From assembly GCA_964016885.1 (NCBI GenBank), contig CAXHJY010000146.1:33665-97664 (forward strand): DNA of 64,000 bases. Direction: 5' to 3'. Shown here piece after piece: positions 41,080 to 54,474 of this stretch. This DNA comes from Eledone cirrhosa (Eukaryota). Under the pieces are notes generated by a model that saw nothing but the letters and a program-made list of their open reading frames with translations, was not told where the DNA came from and searched no databases. Each line of letters begins with the position of its first letter. Positions within the stretch are counted from its first letter, which is position 1. Made by a program: the position numbers and the translations under genes.

Positions 41080-41560
41080 AGATGCTTTTGGAAGATGACA
41101 TCTGTATAAAGAAAGGCAGAGAAATCTCAGCAGATGTGACTACTGGAAGAGGTAGACCTAGAAATACATGGGCTGAAGTGGTGATGACTGACTTTAGGAG
41201 GTTCAACCTCACAACAGAGAGGATAAAGTTTCATGAGGATTGGTAACATGGCACTGGACAAGACTCACCTGCTATCATAAAAATATGACCTGATAGGAAG
41301 GGTATCTAGCTGTGGAATCCATGCCTACCAAAACCATCAGGAGAGCTCTCCAGCTGTGTAAAAAGCACAGCAACCTTTCTTGTGCTGGCACTATGATAAT
41401 ATGCACCCAGTGCACTCTGTAAATTGTGAGAACATATTTAAGTGAGATGCAGTCCCTGTCCCCCACTGAGGGATCAGTAGCTCTGATTAAATACTAACTT
41501 AGTTTCTGATGATCCATCTAATCCTTGCTAGCAAGAAAAACACGTTAAATGATGAATTAA
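41080..41560 (+). mobile_element. Old RTE 3' end relic
   Basis: EDDICIKK...GRGRPRNTWAEVVMTD, then a degenerate 3'UTR. Confidence 0.7.
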
Positions 41561-41966
41561 AAGTATGAAGATGTCATCAATTCAGACATTGGTTGCTTAG
41601 TCAGAACTGGGACCTGGCTAGGTAGTAGAGTAATTCTACTGATATTGGATTCATCATTACTAAGGCCAAGACATTTCAATAGCCATTAACTCTCAAAAGT
41701 TTCTCTGTCCTTTTGATGGATTTCATTTTTCAACCCACAGGGTGTCCAAAAATCACCCTCCTCAACAAACAAGCTTGGTGTAGATTGCTAGTTTAGTTGG
41801 TGACCCAACCATGTGACAAGTTGTACTGGGCTACATGTACCAGTTGCACTCATGAGCAGCCCAACACGCGTGCATGCGTGCGTGTGTGTAAAGAATATAT
41901 AATAAAGATGATTGACTGTGATGAAAAAGACATTTATAATGGTGTTTAATGATCATTATTGTGTTA

Positions 41967-42083
41967 CGATCTGAGTTCAAATCCCGCCGAGGTTGACTTT
42001 GCCTTTCATCCTTACGGGGTCGATAAAATAAAGTACCAGTGAGGCACTGGGTAGTTGCTGGCCTTGTGCCTAAAGTAGAAACA
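41967..42083 (+). mobile_element. 5'-truncated SINE
   Basis: TSD attattgtgtta at 41955-41966 and 42084-42095. Confidence 0.9.
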
Positions 42084-43304
42084 ATTATTGTGTTAACATA
42101 ACATCTAATAATTTGAATCAGTATGTACATTGCATCTTTTTAAAAGGCTCAGCAAATTGTCAGGAATTGCATTTGGTGTTGAAAGAAGAAAAAGAAAAAG
42201 GAAACAAGCTCTGTCACTTTCAGTAAAATGATACAGACAATTTAGATATTTTCCATACAGAATAAAAATAGGGAGTACCAAGCTATATAAAGTAAGAAAC
42301 AAATGAAGGCTACTCATAAGTAAATAATCAATACAACACCCACCCCACACCCCATTTCCTAATCTCAGGTTCACTATGTGTTACTTACTTCCTGTACCCC
42401 AACAATAATTCAAATCACTCCACCCACTCATCTTCCTGAAATTAATCACCACCAACCTTCTCAACATTCTTCTCACAATAATGTAACCCTGGACTACATT
42501 ATCCAATTACTTTTTTTTTAAATTTAATCCTTTCGTTACCATATTTCTAATGGTTTATAAATCATTTTGAAAATCAACCCCATTTGAAGGTATTTATTAA
42601 TATAACTAACTTTCTAATTATGAAGCTGGTGTTTGGAACATAACTAAACAAAAGTTTTTACATAAAATTATGATGGAAGATTTTTAGGTAAACATAAACA
42701 CTTTAAAATTAAGTTTGTATCATAGTAAAAGACTGTTTCTAACAGGGTGGGCCACCATGTAGGGGCTCCCTCACAGGCTTAACTTCAGGCTAAACAAGCT
42801 TCTACGTGATTGGTTAAATTGCTAGAAATAGCAGCTAAATATTTCTACGATGCTACCATTTTAGAAATAGGACACATTGAACAATGAAGACATAAATATA
42901 CAAAATGACAGGATGATGCTGGATAGAATGCATTTGATCACTACTGGCTAACCAGAGTAAACCTAGAGCTAAACAACATAACTTCTTACAACAAGGAAGT
43001 CTCATTATGGTTGCTGAAACATCTATGTATTATTAGCAGCTAATTCTACCTCAAATCACACCCCTGGTGAAAAGGGTGTTGTCACAACTGGAATTCTTTT
43101 GAACATAAGTCTACCTGATTAGTACTGACCTAGAGTTAAACAACAATATTACATATTCTAATGCCCTACATTAACCCTTTCTATATTGTATTTCTAGTGA
43201 AATACCAGTTTCGGTTTATTTTGAAAACTATAAAAGATTTTTCATTATTAAGCTGATGTTTGGAACATCACCCAACAAAAATTTTCTTTAAAATTATGAT
43301 GAAA

Positions 43305-43336
<32 letters not shown>

Positions 43337-44194
43337 GGGGGCTTAGCTTTTTTTTATGTAACACTTTAAAATGACAGTGTTGTATCATAAAACAAGGGGC
43401 AGCTTCAGGCAGGTTGGTTTGAAAGGGATTAATTAAGGTAACAGTCCATCTATGCAAATAAATTTGAGTCCAATATAATAGAGATGGTCGGCAATGAAAT
43501 ATTGTAAGACTGAAAGTTGATGTCTTATTGTCAGCATCAGCCTTGCATATCTATGATACAAGAACTTACATAAGGATGAAATAGCAGCTAATTGAGTAAG
43601 GAGGCATCAGGATGTTTTGTGCACATGGGCAAAACAATTCTTTCTCCCATTACTCCTTTCCTTACCATCCTATAACTCTGCTCCTCCCACTCAACACTCA
43701 TATTCATTCTTCTTTCCACATAGGTCATCAGTCCCCTTCTATTCATACTCTCAGCCATGTTTGTTTTGATTGAACAGAAACTACATGGAGTAGATGGGAT
43801 TCTTTTGTCTCGCAGGAAACAAAGCAACTTCTCTAGTGTTGGTGCCACAACAAAATGCATTCAGCACACTCTAAAAAGTCTTGTCAATTCTATTAAGGAC
43901 ACCTTTTCTAGCAGTGATGCCATGATAAAATCAGTACATTCTGTAAGGTGGTTGCCAATCAAACAATAGTAATGAAGTGTAGAGAGGTCTCTATCATATC
44001 AAGGACATGATAACCTCTCTAACATTGATATCATTCTAAACACACCCAGTAGACTCTAAAGTGTGACTTGATTCCCTGACCCATCTAGGAAGGCAGTAAT
44101 TCTGAATAAATACTGACTCAGACTGCAACAACCCATCCAATCCATACCAACATGGAAAATGGGCATGAAATGGTGGTGGTGGTGGTGGTGGTGG

Positions 44195-44226
<32 letters not shown>

Positions 44227-44569
44227 ATAGTTTGTGTTTACCAGGCTGAATAATAAGAACGAATATTTCCAATTATTATTTAGGGCTATACCTCAGATAC
44301 TGAAATACTACATAAACTGATAAGAACTACAACGTTCTGTGGGACTAAATATGTTAGGGTGATTAACATGACATTCCGTTCTTCAGTGACCACATTAAAA
44401 ATGCTTTAAGCTCCAACTATTTGCAAAAATACCATTCCATGTGTTCCTAAGTTTAACGATAAAAACATAGTGTTGACTTGTGAGTTCTTAACTAAGTTAT
44501 TGATTTTGAGTTCAAATCCATCTAGGGTCGCGTTTATTTTCAATTCGTCAGGATCGATATAATGAGTAC

Positions 44570-46830
44570 CAAACGCGTAGTACTAGTGTGTCATTTCAGT
44601 AACTCCTACCTTATAAATTTGTGACCACATCTCAAATAAGAAACGCTCGAGCGTGCGTGCAAAGAAAAATTATTAACGAATTTTTTTTTTTTCATTCTTA
44701 TGAACAAATATCATTTAAATGCCACCACACACCTAGAGAATGTAATTTTTTTTATTTTACTATCAAATTTTCTCTAATCATAAACAATTTGATTTCAAGA
44801 AGCTATTATGACAATCACCAAATAAAATAAATAATAATAATAACAAATGAAAGGCGAAAGAAAGAGGAAAAACAATACACTCGGTTAATAAAGAATAAGT
44901 GTTTAAACTAGAACTACACTGCTGTCGAGTTATATACAGTTTTATAACTCACGGGATGTAAGTTTAAAAGGAAACCTGAACATTTGTTTTGAAGAACCTA
45001 CACCTTGACAATTGGGTCAAATAAAAGAAGATAGAAAGAAAGAATGGGGAAAACAAAAGATCCCAGAGTGAGGAGAGGAAGTGGGCGAGGATGTAATTAA
45101 CACCGTGTTTGTTAATTAGACCAGTTGTTGAACAATCATGGCAAAGAAAACGTTTCATTTAGAAAGGAGAAATTGAACAAAATAATTTCAGACTACCTCG
45201 TCTGTTTATAAAAACAAATATTCGCACACGAAACGGTTTTTTTTGTTTTTTTTTCCGGTCTTTCTTTAACCATAATGGGGGGAAAACCATACACAAAAGA
45301 CACAGCAGCTACTCTGAAGGCGACCGATATTCTGCTTTAAAGTCAAGCTTTTTTTTTTTAATAGACTTCTGGAAATAATGATTAAATACAACAAAGAAAT
45401 CTGTTACGATACACACGTATGTATAAACACATTCATATGCGTTTCTATGTCAGCGTGTAAGAAGCCGTACTGTATATCTATGTTCAGTTTTATTATATGC
45501 TGATTAGCTTTAAGTCAGCCCTAATGAACAGACGTATGATCAAAAGCGTTCCTGCCATGACAGTTTCATCTTTTTATATACCCAAGAATACACTGCCCTA
45601 TATGTCCATTTTTTAAGACGGTAGCCCATGATTTGAAGGAATCTAACTGCTATTTCTAGCAGGTCGAGTGACAACAGAGGCTTCTTAGTTGACTCGTTTG
45701 GCTGTGTTCTTTATATGTACATGTGTACGGCGTATGCATGTTTGTATACTTTGTGCACACACATACGCGCGCGCACGCACATACATACTTACACGCATAC
45801 AATGTACGCGTATGTGAGTGTGTGCACGAAAGTGACAGAATATGATACTCACACGGTTGTTTGGTGAAAAACATTAGTAATCAAATCTTAGTTTTTGGTA
45901 AGCCAAAAATCCAAGCCGAGCATATAAATCCGGAAATTTATCGATGACAAGTGCGTTGTGTGTGTGTGAGAGGGAGAGAGGGGGGTGGGAGAAAAGGATA
46001 GAAAGAGAGAGGGTGATGAGTATGTTTATACAACTTGTTTACTAGATTATATGGTGTGGAGCTGATGCTGTCTATACGTTCATGGTGGCGCTGACGACGT
46101 AAACCTACCAAGTCACTGGATATTTGTGTATGAACAGAAAGCTTTACAAATTCCTAGTTAGTTCGTTGACCGTTCGATCACACCATAAGTGACTGTTTGG
46201 AGAAATACAAGCGGAATTTTAGTACTTAAATAACATGGAGTTCTACATATTTCTTTTCTTTTGGGTCTTCACTTCCGATGATACAGTCAAGCCTTTGGAA
46301 AGGTAGGGTAGGGGGAAGACAGGGGTCAGAGACAGGGTGATGGTTACAGGAGGAAAAACTGCGTGAGTAGCAGCGAGCGGGACGTGGACCCAGGAAGATG
46401 GCTTAGGAACTTTTGAAACAATAGAAAGGATTGACGACAACAACAATAACAAGACAAATATCAATAATTTCTAGCTTAGATAAAAATCCCCCAGTTTATA
46501 CAGAAATAAAAAAGAGGCTTAGTGATATTAGGTTGTAACGATAAATACTGAAATAATTAAATTCGGGAAGGGTGAATTGTTATATTTTTTTTTATTTTGT
46601 TGGGAGGAAAATAAATTGGAAGTTGCAGTTTTCATACCTTTTAGGACTGAAAAAAATAGGAAAGGCTTAAAAGAAAGTATGGAGAAAAACGAGAATAAAA
46701 TGGAAAGATCAATTTAAATTGTAAATAAAATAAATAAATAAAAATGAGAAAATCTGATTTCGATAAATCATTAAAAAAAATACAAAAAGGTCGTTCGCCG
46801 TTTAGATTAAATTAAATGTTAAACGCATTA
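44570..46830 (-). promoter_or_regulatory. CpG-retaining promoter-like block; probable 5' end and non-coding first exons of the chromodomain gene
   Basis: CpG is visibly more frequent than in the flanking non-TE DNA. Consensus minus-strand donors GTGAGT at 45847-45852 and 44947-44952; ETS-like ACTTCCG (46271), YY1-like AAGATGGC (46395) and TGGTGGCGCTG (46083). Assignment to this gene is inference. Confidence 0.5.
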
Positions 46831-47058
46831 AATCATCATCATCATTTATTTTCCACAAGAACACATGCAAACACTACAACACAGTATTCAGTACAACATA
46901 ACAGGATAGCATGCAAATAGACAGACAAAGCATCGAAGCATAAGTCGCAGTCACCCCCCCCCCCCCCCATATAAAAATTTGACTCTACTGCCAGTATTGA
47001 ATAAATTCATCACTAAACGTTTGTTATACATACGTTTCTCTTTCTCTCATATATATAT

Positions 47059-47110
<52 letters not shown>

Positions 47111-47122
47111 ATATATATATAC

Positions 47123-47460
47123 TGTGAGTACACAGGTGAAACTCCTGAGTAACAAGACTCATCACTTAGTAGCCATAATAAAGAATATTATTAAACTACT
47201 TCGGCGGTACTCATTCTTGCGGTGTGTCATTGGTTGTGAAAACGAGAGAAACAAAACTAAATACTTAAGTAGAGTAATATATAATTTATTAAAGCTACAA
47301 AACTAAACTGCTGACTCGAAGGCCAGCTATTTCGTGTTAAATTTACTCTTCAAAACACGAAACGCCTGACCTTCGAGTCACTGACATAGCTTTAGAGGTA
47401 TATGTGTGCTCGCGGTGGTCCCTTTGTCTCTAGGAGTATTTTACCTGATTTTATAAGTTA
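47123..47460. repeat. Unclassified element with a strong ~70-100 nt hairpin (possibly a tyrosine-recombinase retrotransposon terminal-repeat relic)
   Basis: tgactcgaaggccag...tttcgtgtt-loop-aacacgaaa...ctgaccttcgagtca at 47312-47380, adjacent to a minus-strand AATAAA; sits in a TA-microsatellite-rich stretch. Confidence 0.35.
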
Positions 47461-47513
47461 TTTATAGCGAGACATAGTTGTTATTTTATGCGTTTGGAAT
47501 TTTCATTATATAT

Positions 47514-47631
47514 GCCATTCTGAGTTCAAATCCCGCCGAGATTAACTTTACCTTTCATCCTTACGGGGTCGATAAAATATAGTACCAGTAATGCACTGGG
47601 TGATTGGTGGCCTTGTGCCAAGAGTAGAAAC

Positions 47632-47702
<71 letters not shown>
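47514..47702 (+). mobile_element. 5'-truncated SINE whose 3' end runs into a long (TA)n
   Basis: attatatat precedes the element (47505-47513) and follows it (47633-), where it extends into ~34 TA units. Confidence 0.9.
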
Positions 47703-47703
<1 letters not shown>

Positions 47704-47778
47704 GATATATTAACAAATGGAAACTATATTTATAAAACCATAGTTATTTCATTATACATATTTCATTTTATATATTGG

Positions 47779-47819
<41 letters not shown>

Positions 47820-50800
47820 CAAATGTAATCTGAGTTTTTCGAATATATATTACATCAGCATGCCTATGTGATAAAGAAATTTGCTTCACAAACACATGGT
47901 TTCAGCTTTAACCTCACTTCCATGACACCATGGAGGTCTTCTACTATTCAAGTTTCTTTTTTATATGCATTCATTTAGGCAAGAGAACACACACACATAT
48001 ACAAGTGAAAAACTCAGTGGAGAAATGAATGAATCATCAGCTTCAAACAAATATATACATATAGTCATGTATATGAATGTAGTTATGATACATATATTCA
48101 TCTTAGTTAATGTACTACATGCAGATGTGCACAATTCAAGCTACTCTGTTTTGCAGACAGGAGTAGAAGCCACAGCATAGTTGTAATATATATTCTGTTG
48201 TCACATTCCAACTCGTTATGCTATGCACTCATTCAAACTGTGCATGCAATATACTCATCCAAATTGTGCAACTCAACTTGGTTTTAGTCACAAATATACT
48301 GTCAACCAAATGCTAAAAATCTTGATACACACTAACGAAACATTGTATTTCAATTATTGTTTCAATCGTAATATGGCATTTGTAACCTTACTTAAATGTT
48401 CTGTCATATAATCATGTCGAAAAGTTTCAGAACCAGAGGTGGGTCATTATGAAAAAGGATAAGAACCGTAAAAGAAATAAAGAATTCACTGAATAACTTC
48501 AACCATTATATACATACATATATATACATGATGGCTGCCCCCTCATTATCGAGTAGGGCCATTGCACAATATAACATTATTTATAGTTATTAATTAATGC
48601 TATTGTGCAATGCCTGTGTGTGAATATTTTTATTTAAGTGAGGAAAGACTGTGCACAGAGCCAATCCCATTCTCTGAGCAACAGTAGCTATAAGCCGAAA
48701 AGAAAAAAAGATCAACATCATCGGTAACTACTGAGCCACAGATTTTATATCGGAGTTATCCCAGTTTCCTGAGTTGCCTTCTCGAAGAATACCCTGACAA
48801 AGGCTAAGGGTCCTTCTCTCCCAGTGGTTTAATCGCATAATCGGGTGTCCAGCCCGATTATTTCTATGTTCCCGCGCATATACATACACATTTTTGGATG
48901 GCCGTTGGCTCTTATGAGTTCTTCTGCCCTTATATATATACATATTACATATATATATATATATATATAGTGTGTGTGTGTGTGTATGTGAAGAAGGCGG
49001 CCGATTGAACTGGGATTTTGAGATTAGAAATAAGTAGTAACATAACCACTACCATGATAGTCAATACATCGATCTTCACCGATCAATCGACCCTCTGAAA
49101 CGATAGTAAACCAATGAACTAACTATCTACCTACGGCTGACTTATGTTTTTTATTGTTCTATGCACAAACGTGTGTGTGTGCGTGTGTGTTCTTGGGACG
49201 CTAAACTCCGCCAGTTGCAGACTGGCATTAACATGTGATATCGCTCTCCACAAAGTTCGATCACCAGCAGCAGAGTTCAAAGATCAAAGATCAAGTCCAG
49301 TCCAAACATAACTAGACATTAATTCCTTGCATTAAATAATTGAAGGTTTAAATTTAAATATAAACACTTTAAAATAAATTGTTTTGTATTCTAAAACCAG
49401 GCAATTTTAGGCAGTTCAAAGGCAAAAAGCTCAACTACAATAATAATATGAAGGAGCAAATGTTAAAAATTAAATCTAATACCATACAGTAACCTCCTAA
49501 TGTTAATTAACTAGTACTGCAGGTCACAAGAAATGCAAGTGTCCACCCACAATTATATCCAGATAAAAAGGGGTTCTGGACTATCAGTGATGTATCTATA
49601 AAATATGTGTGACTTTACCGGCTGTGTATTTAGCATGTAGAGCGTTCCTCTGGGATATTTTCCTTCAGCCTTATTATTGATCTTCGTAATCAATTTCATT
49701 ACTGTTCTTCCATGTTTTACCAACTATGCCAAATATACTGAGATCAAACAAGACCAAGATATCTTTCATTGATTTCACTAATTGGCTTTAACCCTTCCGT
49801 TATAATTCTTATGAAAGATATTTGAATAATTATGAAAATAATCAAGAATTTTTTTATGGTTTAGTAATATATCTTTCTTATTATTAAGCTGGTATTTGGA
49901 ACATAAATTAACAAAGATCCTTACATAAAATTACAATGAAAGGTTTTTAGATAAAAATAAACAGTTTTGCATAATAGATCTAGGAGCAGTTTCAAGCAAT
50001 TTGTACCAAAAGGGTTTTAAAAAAACAGGAACCACTCCTAACAGCATTGTCTTTATTTTGCAGAAATTTGGATTAGCTGATATTATTGTAGATATCTCCA
50101 ATCAACTCACTATATTACATAATTGAAACTCTACTACCTGTGTATTTAACATGGTGAAAAAAAAAAAAAAAAAAAACACTCAACAACAGAAGAGTTGCAC
50201 AACATTGATTAACAATTTCAACACCAGCAATCCACAGGAAGAACTGGATATAATACAGTAGGAACACTCCAAGCCTTCTCTGAGGAAATGCATATTAACC
50301 AACTATGCTATAAACAACATGGACATGGTATACCACATAGAATTAGAATCAAATAAATTATACTGTCAGCACCATGTAAAAGAAATCATTCACAGGAATA
50401 CCCAAGCCAGGTCGATAAGTGTTCTTATTGTTACTACTTGCAATACAACACACATTCCTTTACAGACTACACCACTGTTCACCCCTCCTTAACATACCAA
50501 ACATTGACACACTAGACATACACTGCCACCACTCCACGAACAGAGATCTTTAAAAGTTCAATGGGGACAAGACAGCCACGAATGAACAGAGATCTTTAAA
50601 AGTTCAACAGTCACAAAATAACAACATATATCAAAGAGTTTTTAAATCTCCCCACCTATCTCTCTGCATGAACAATACACAGCTAAAACCTTCAAATTTA
50701 CCTAAAATTTCTGAGCAACATTCATGGAAAGCTCGTGTATAACACTGTCAAGACTCCAGCTCAAAGTCTAGGCTCCCTTCAGTGTCAGAAACTACTTCAT

Positions 50801-50849
50801 CCCTAATCAATTGTTGACCTTTTATAATAAAGTTTAAGTAAGATCTAGA

Positions 50850-51039
50850 CAGGACTGTATTAACCATTAAGCAAAATAAGGACATGTTTAGGACATCAAG
50901 GGAGACCACCATTTTATTTGAATGTATTTGTCGCCCCCATTACCACCACCAAGTTTCTTTTGCAGGCATTATATGAGAGGAGGAATATACCATAATCTTT
51001 TAAGTTCTTAGGGCTTCAAAAGGACTTAATCCAGCCCTG
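50850..51039. mobile_element. Old hAT (Tip100-like) MITE
   Basis: Termini caggactgtattaa / ttaatccagccctg (11/14 complementary); 8-bp flanks only partly matching. Confidence 0.5.
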
Positions 51040-52100
51040 AACCTATATTAGATGCTGCTGCTGATACAAAAACATAGACAGCTTCAAAAGAAAGATAATA
51101 TGGTTGATTTGTTCGGACACCCTCCACAATGGTTGTTATGCTGTTTCTTCTTCTATGCATACAACAAAGCCATTTTTCCTACTAAAGTATGAGTTTTGGT
51201 GCCAACACTTGTAGTTGCCAATACTGGTATGGTGTACTTGATCTAAACCATGTACACACAATATGTTTTTTCTTTGCATCTTCTATTAATACTATCACAG
51301 CTCCTGTAAACACCTGACTTACATCTTTTCCTCTTATCATCATCCTATTATATCTCACTTCCCAACCATAACCCTAAACACTTTGCCAAATTCTTCCACT
51401 CTAGTACTGCATACCTCTGAAAAAGTTCCTCTGCTTATGTCTTCATACAGGGCATCAACTTATATCAAGCATATCGAATTTTACCAATTTGAGAATGTTT
51501 GCTGCTCTTTCCTTTGTTTCAGCAAGACAGACATTGATATATATATGTGTGTGTGCGTGTGTGTGTATGCATGCGTGTGTGTGTAATAATATGGGATTAG
51601 ATCAATATCCAGTGATTTTGAGCTCATTTACAATTTGCCCAACAAATTAATTTGGAGCACATGTATTGGATTAATTGTAATACAACATTTGCAGCCAGAA
51701 GTCTAAGCTATGATACTGTAATTATTGTATCGATAGATTAACACATGAAAACATTAAAGTACTCACAATTTCATCAATTGAAACAGCCAGTAGTATCCTC
51801 CTAGTTTAGCACACAAAAATCCGTCAGAGTACAAAAATCCAGGTCTAAGCTAGCGCAGTACTCTTTCAAATTACGTGGAAAATCCGCTAGTCATCGATTG
51901 ATAATAAACTAGCAAATTCCAAGCAATTGAATCATTATCAGCCAGCAGTCCTATAAGGCATTTCCGACCTTATTACAAATTTTCAAGTTGGTGGCGAAAC
52001 CCCACGTGTGGCATTAGCTGTTAGTCGGTCAGCAAATGATAGCAACAGTGGTTGAATGGGTGTGGTTGGCAGTAATGCTTAATATAACAGCATGACATCA

Positions 52101-52131
<31 letters not shown>

Positions 52132-52134
<3 letters not shown>

Positions 52135-52391
52135 TCTGTAAAGTTATGTTGGTACCTCAAAACATTCAGCCCACACTGTAAAGTGGTCGTGTAGGTGTCA
52201 TGACAAAAAGCACCCAGCTCATACTGGAAATGTGGTTGGCGTTAGGAAGGGCTTCCAGTCGTAGAAACCAAGCCAGAAACAGTTGTGTGAGCAAGGCATG
52301 GCCATGTGACCCAACTTCCCTCAAACGGAACAACCCACCTAACCCATGCTAACGTGGGAAAATGGACGTTAAACAATGATGATGATGATGA
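52132..52391 (+). mobile_element. RTE 3'UTR fragment adjoining a (TA)n tract
   Basis: cccacactgtaaagtgg repeats, ggaagggc, aacccatgc...ggacgttaaac and (GAT)n tail. Confidence 0.85.
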
Positions 52392-53896
52392 GTACAGTGT
52401 CCTTAAATGATCTGATTCATATGTTTACTCTATAAACAAGAAGGGTACAAGTGAAATTTCAACCAGATCAATACATTATTACCGAGTAAGGCTGTTTCCT
52501 TTCTCTTTTTCTGTGTACTCTTGCAAGGTAAATATGGCTGGGGATTATTACCACCACCACCATTTTCCAAGGGAATTGTAAATTCTAGTGACTCACAACA
52601 TTTTAATGAATCTTTTTATTCATTTCACTGGTGTAGCTCATCAAAGAGAATAGTTAATAGTAATAGAAGAAACAAGATAAATATATGTTACATGAATTTG
52701 TGGTTGATAGCAGCTTTGGTAGAGACAGGCTACAAAGAAGAAAATAAGAACATAAATAGTCAATGATAATTCAATTGAAGTGAGCTGAGCATTACAGAGG
52801 ATGAGAAAAGGCAGAGCTTTAAGAGTTACATGAGCTGATCAGCAATTATAGGTTACATTGCAGATGCTACAAGATGTTGAACAAGTTGGGCGTATAAGCC
52901 CCTAGAGACAGAAGTGGGTAGCATCACGTGTTGGACTCCAACTCACACCTGCCATATTGATTACACCAAAGTGTGTGTGTGGGGGGGGGGGGCCTGACTG
53001 TCTACACCAAGATGTCAACAATGATTGTAACCACAATGATGATGTCAGCAATAGTAGTGCTGGTGAAACAGTGTTGATGGCAAAAACAGTGTCAGTAATT
53101 TTGCTATGCCTGTATGTTTAAAACTTCCAGCAAATTCTCCCAACCACTATTAACTCACAGGCAAAAACATGGCTAGCCTTCTTTGGTCACAAAAGACTTT
53201 AATCTTTACTTTGCAATCCATAGCAGCTGATCTATGACAGCCAGGGTGTTCAGAGAAGATCCATTTCTCATGCACTACACACACATACATACACATGTAA
53301 CATTTGCAACATAAACATGAATAGATGACAAATACAGCTGGGATCTCAGGGACAAATAACCAAGAAGTGATAAAAGATCTGATTAGTTGAAAAAATTGGG
53401 ATGGTCAGGTTCATGGAAAAGGTGAGGTGACAGTTTATCCATCAACCATGCAAGCTCTTGTAACAGCTGGTAATGCAGGGAGTGAAGATAAGTGAGAAAG
53501 TAAGATTAGAAATATTTCTCATCATTCTTTAAGGCAACATCATAAGATCATTCAAAATCAATAGTTAGTCCCATGTGCTCACAGACAGACCTCCCAAAAT
53601 AAAGGTTCTTCTAATTGTACATCTTATCCAACTGTAAGAGACGAGACATCACAAACAGAACCAATAGTCAAATTTTGTTTTTCACCAGCTAACATTTTAA
53701 ATCTAGTTTAAAAAGGGGAAAGAAAGAAATGGGAAAAAGAGTTTATCATTTCATGAGCATTAAGTGGATTGTCTAAGAGCTTTTTCTCTGTCTTTTGTAG
53801 AATTATTTTCTTTCAAAACGTCTACTGTCTGATTAGTTGCAATCACTAGAGCAGCTGCATCTCTCATTCTCATTACACACACAATATGCATATAAA

Positions 53897-53930
<34 letters not shown>

Positions 53931-54034
53931 TAGAGAGAGACCTACCTAGCATTGCCCACAACAGGACAACTTGTCTAACCCATGCAAGTGTGGAAAATGG
54001 ACGTAAAACGATGATGATCAAATGGGGACAATGT

Positions 54035-54241
54035 ATGGTTTGAGAGGTCTCTTCTGTCTGGTACTATGATAAAAAAACACCCAGTATACCTTGTAAAATG
54101 GTTAGTATTAGAAATGGCAACCAGCTATAAAAATCCTGCCAAATGTACCCTATCTGGTCTTGGACCGTGACAGCCTGTCCAACCCATGCCAGTACAGACA
54201 GTGGGTATAATATATATATATGATGATGATGATGATGATGA

Positions 54242-54282
<41 letters not shown>

Positions 54283-54442
54283 GTCCAAGACCAGATAGGG
54301 TATATTTGGCATGATTTCTATAGCTGGATGCCCTTCCTAATACTAACCATTTTACAGGGTATACTGGATGTTTTTTATCATGGTACCAGAATTAGAGAGG
54401 ATATCATAATCTCGACCAGAGAGAAAAGACCTCTCAAGCCAT

Positions 54443-54443
<1 letters not shown>
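54035..54443. repeat. Local inverted duplication of an RTE-3'UTR-like sequence around a TA/GAT spacer
   Basis: 54035-54166 is the reverse complement of 54282-54443, apart from a short indel and scattered mismatches. Confidence 0.85.

Positions 54444-54444
<1 letters not shown>

Positions 54445-54474
<30 letters not shown>

Noticed and set aside
43306-43340. Long G runs (also 3168, 12596, 46954, 52981) as functional G-quadruplexes
   Set aside because: Homopolymer expansions, partly inside MITEs, with unreliable lengths and no sign of function.
47312-47380. Hammerhead ribozyme or SECIS reading of the hairpin
   Set aside because: TTGAAGAG/GAAA do not form a three-way junction with a CUGANGA core, and there is no correctly spaced RUGA/AA/GA SECIS core.
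50538-50607. 24-bp direct repeat gaacagagatctttaaaagttcaa with 22-nt spacer
   Set aside because: Only two units; a simple local tandem duplication in probable TE debris.
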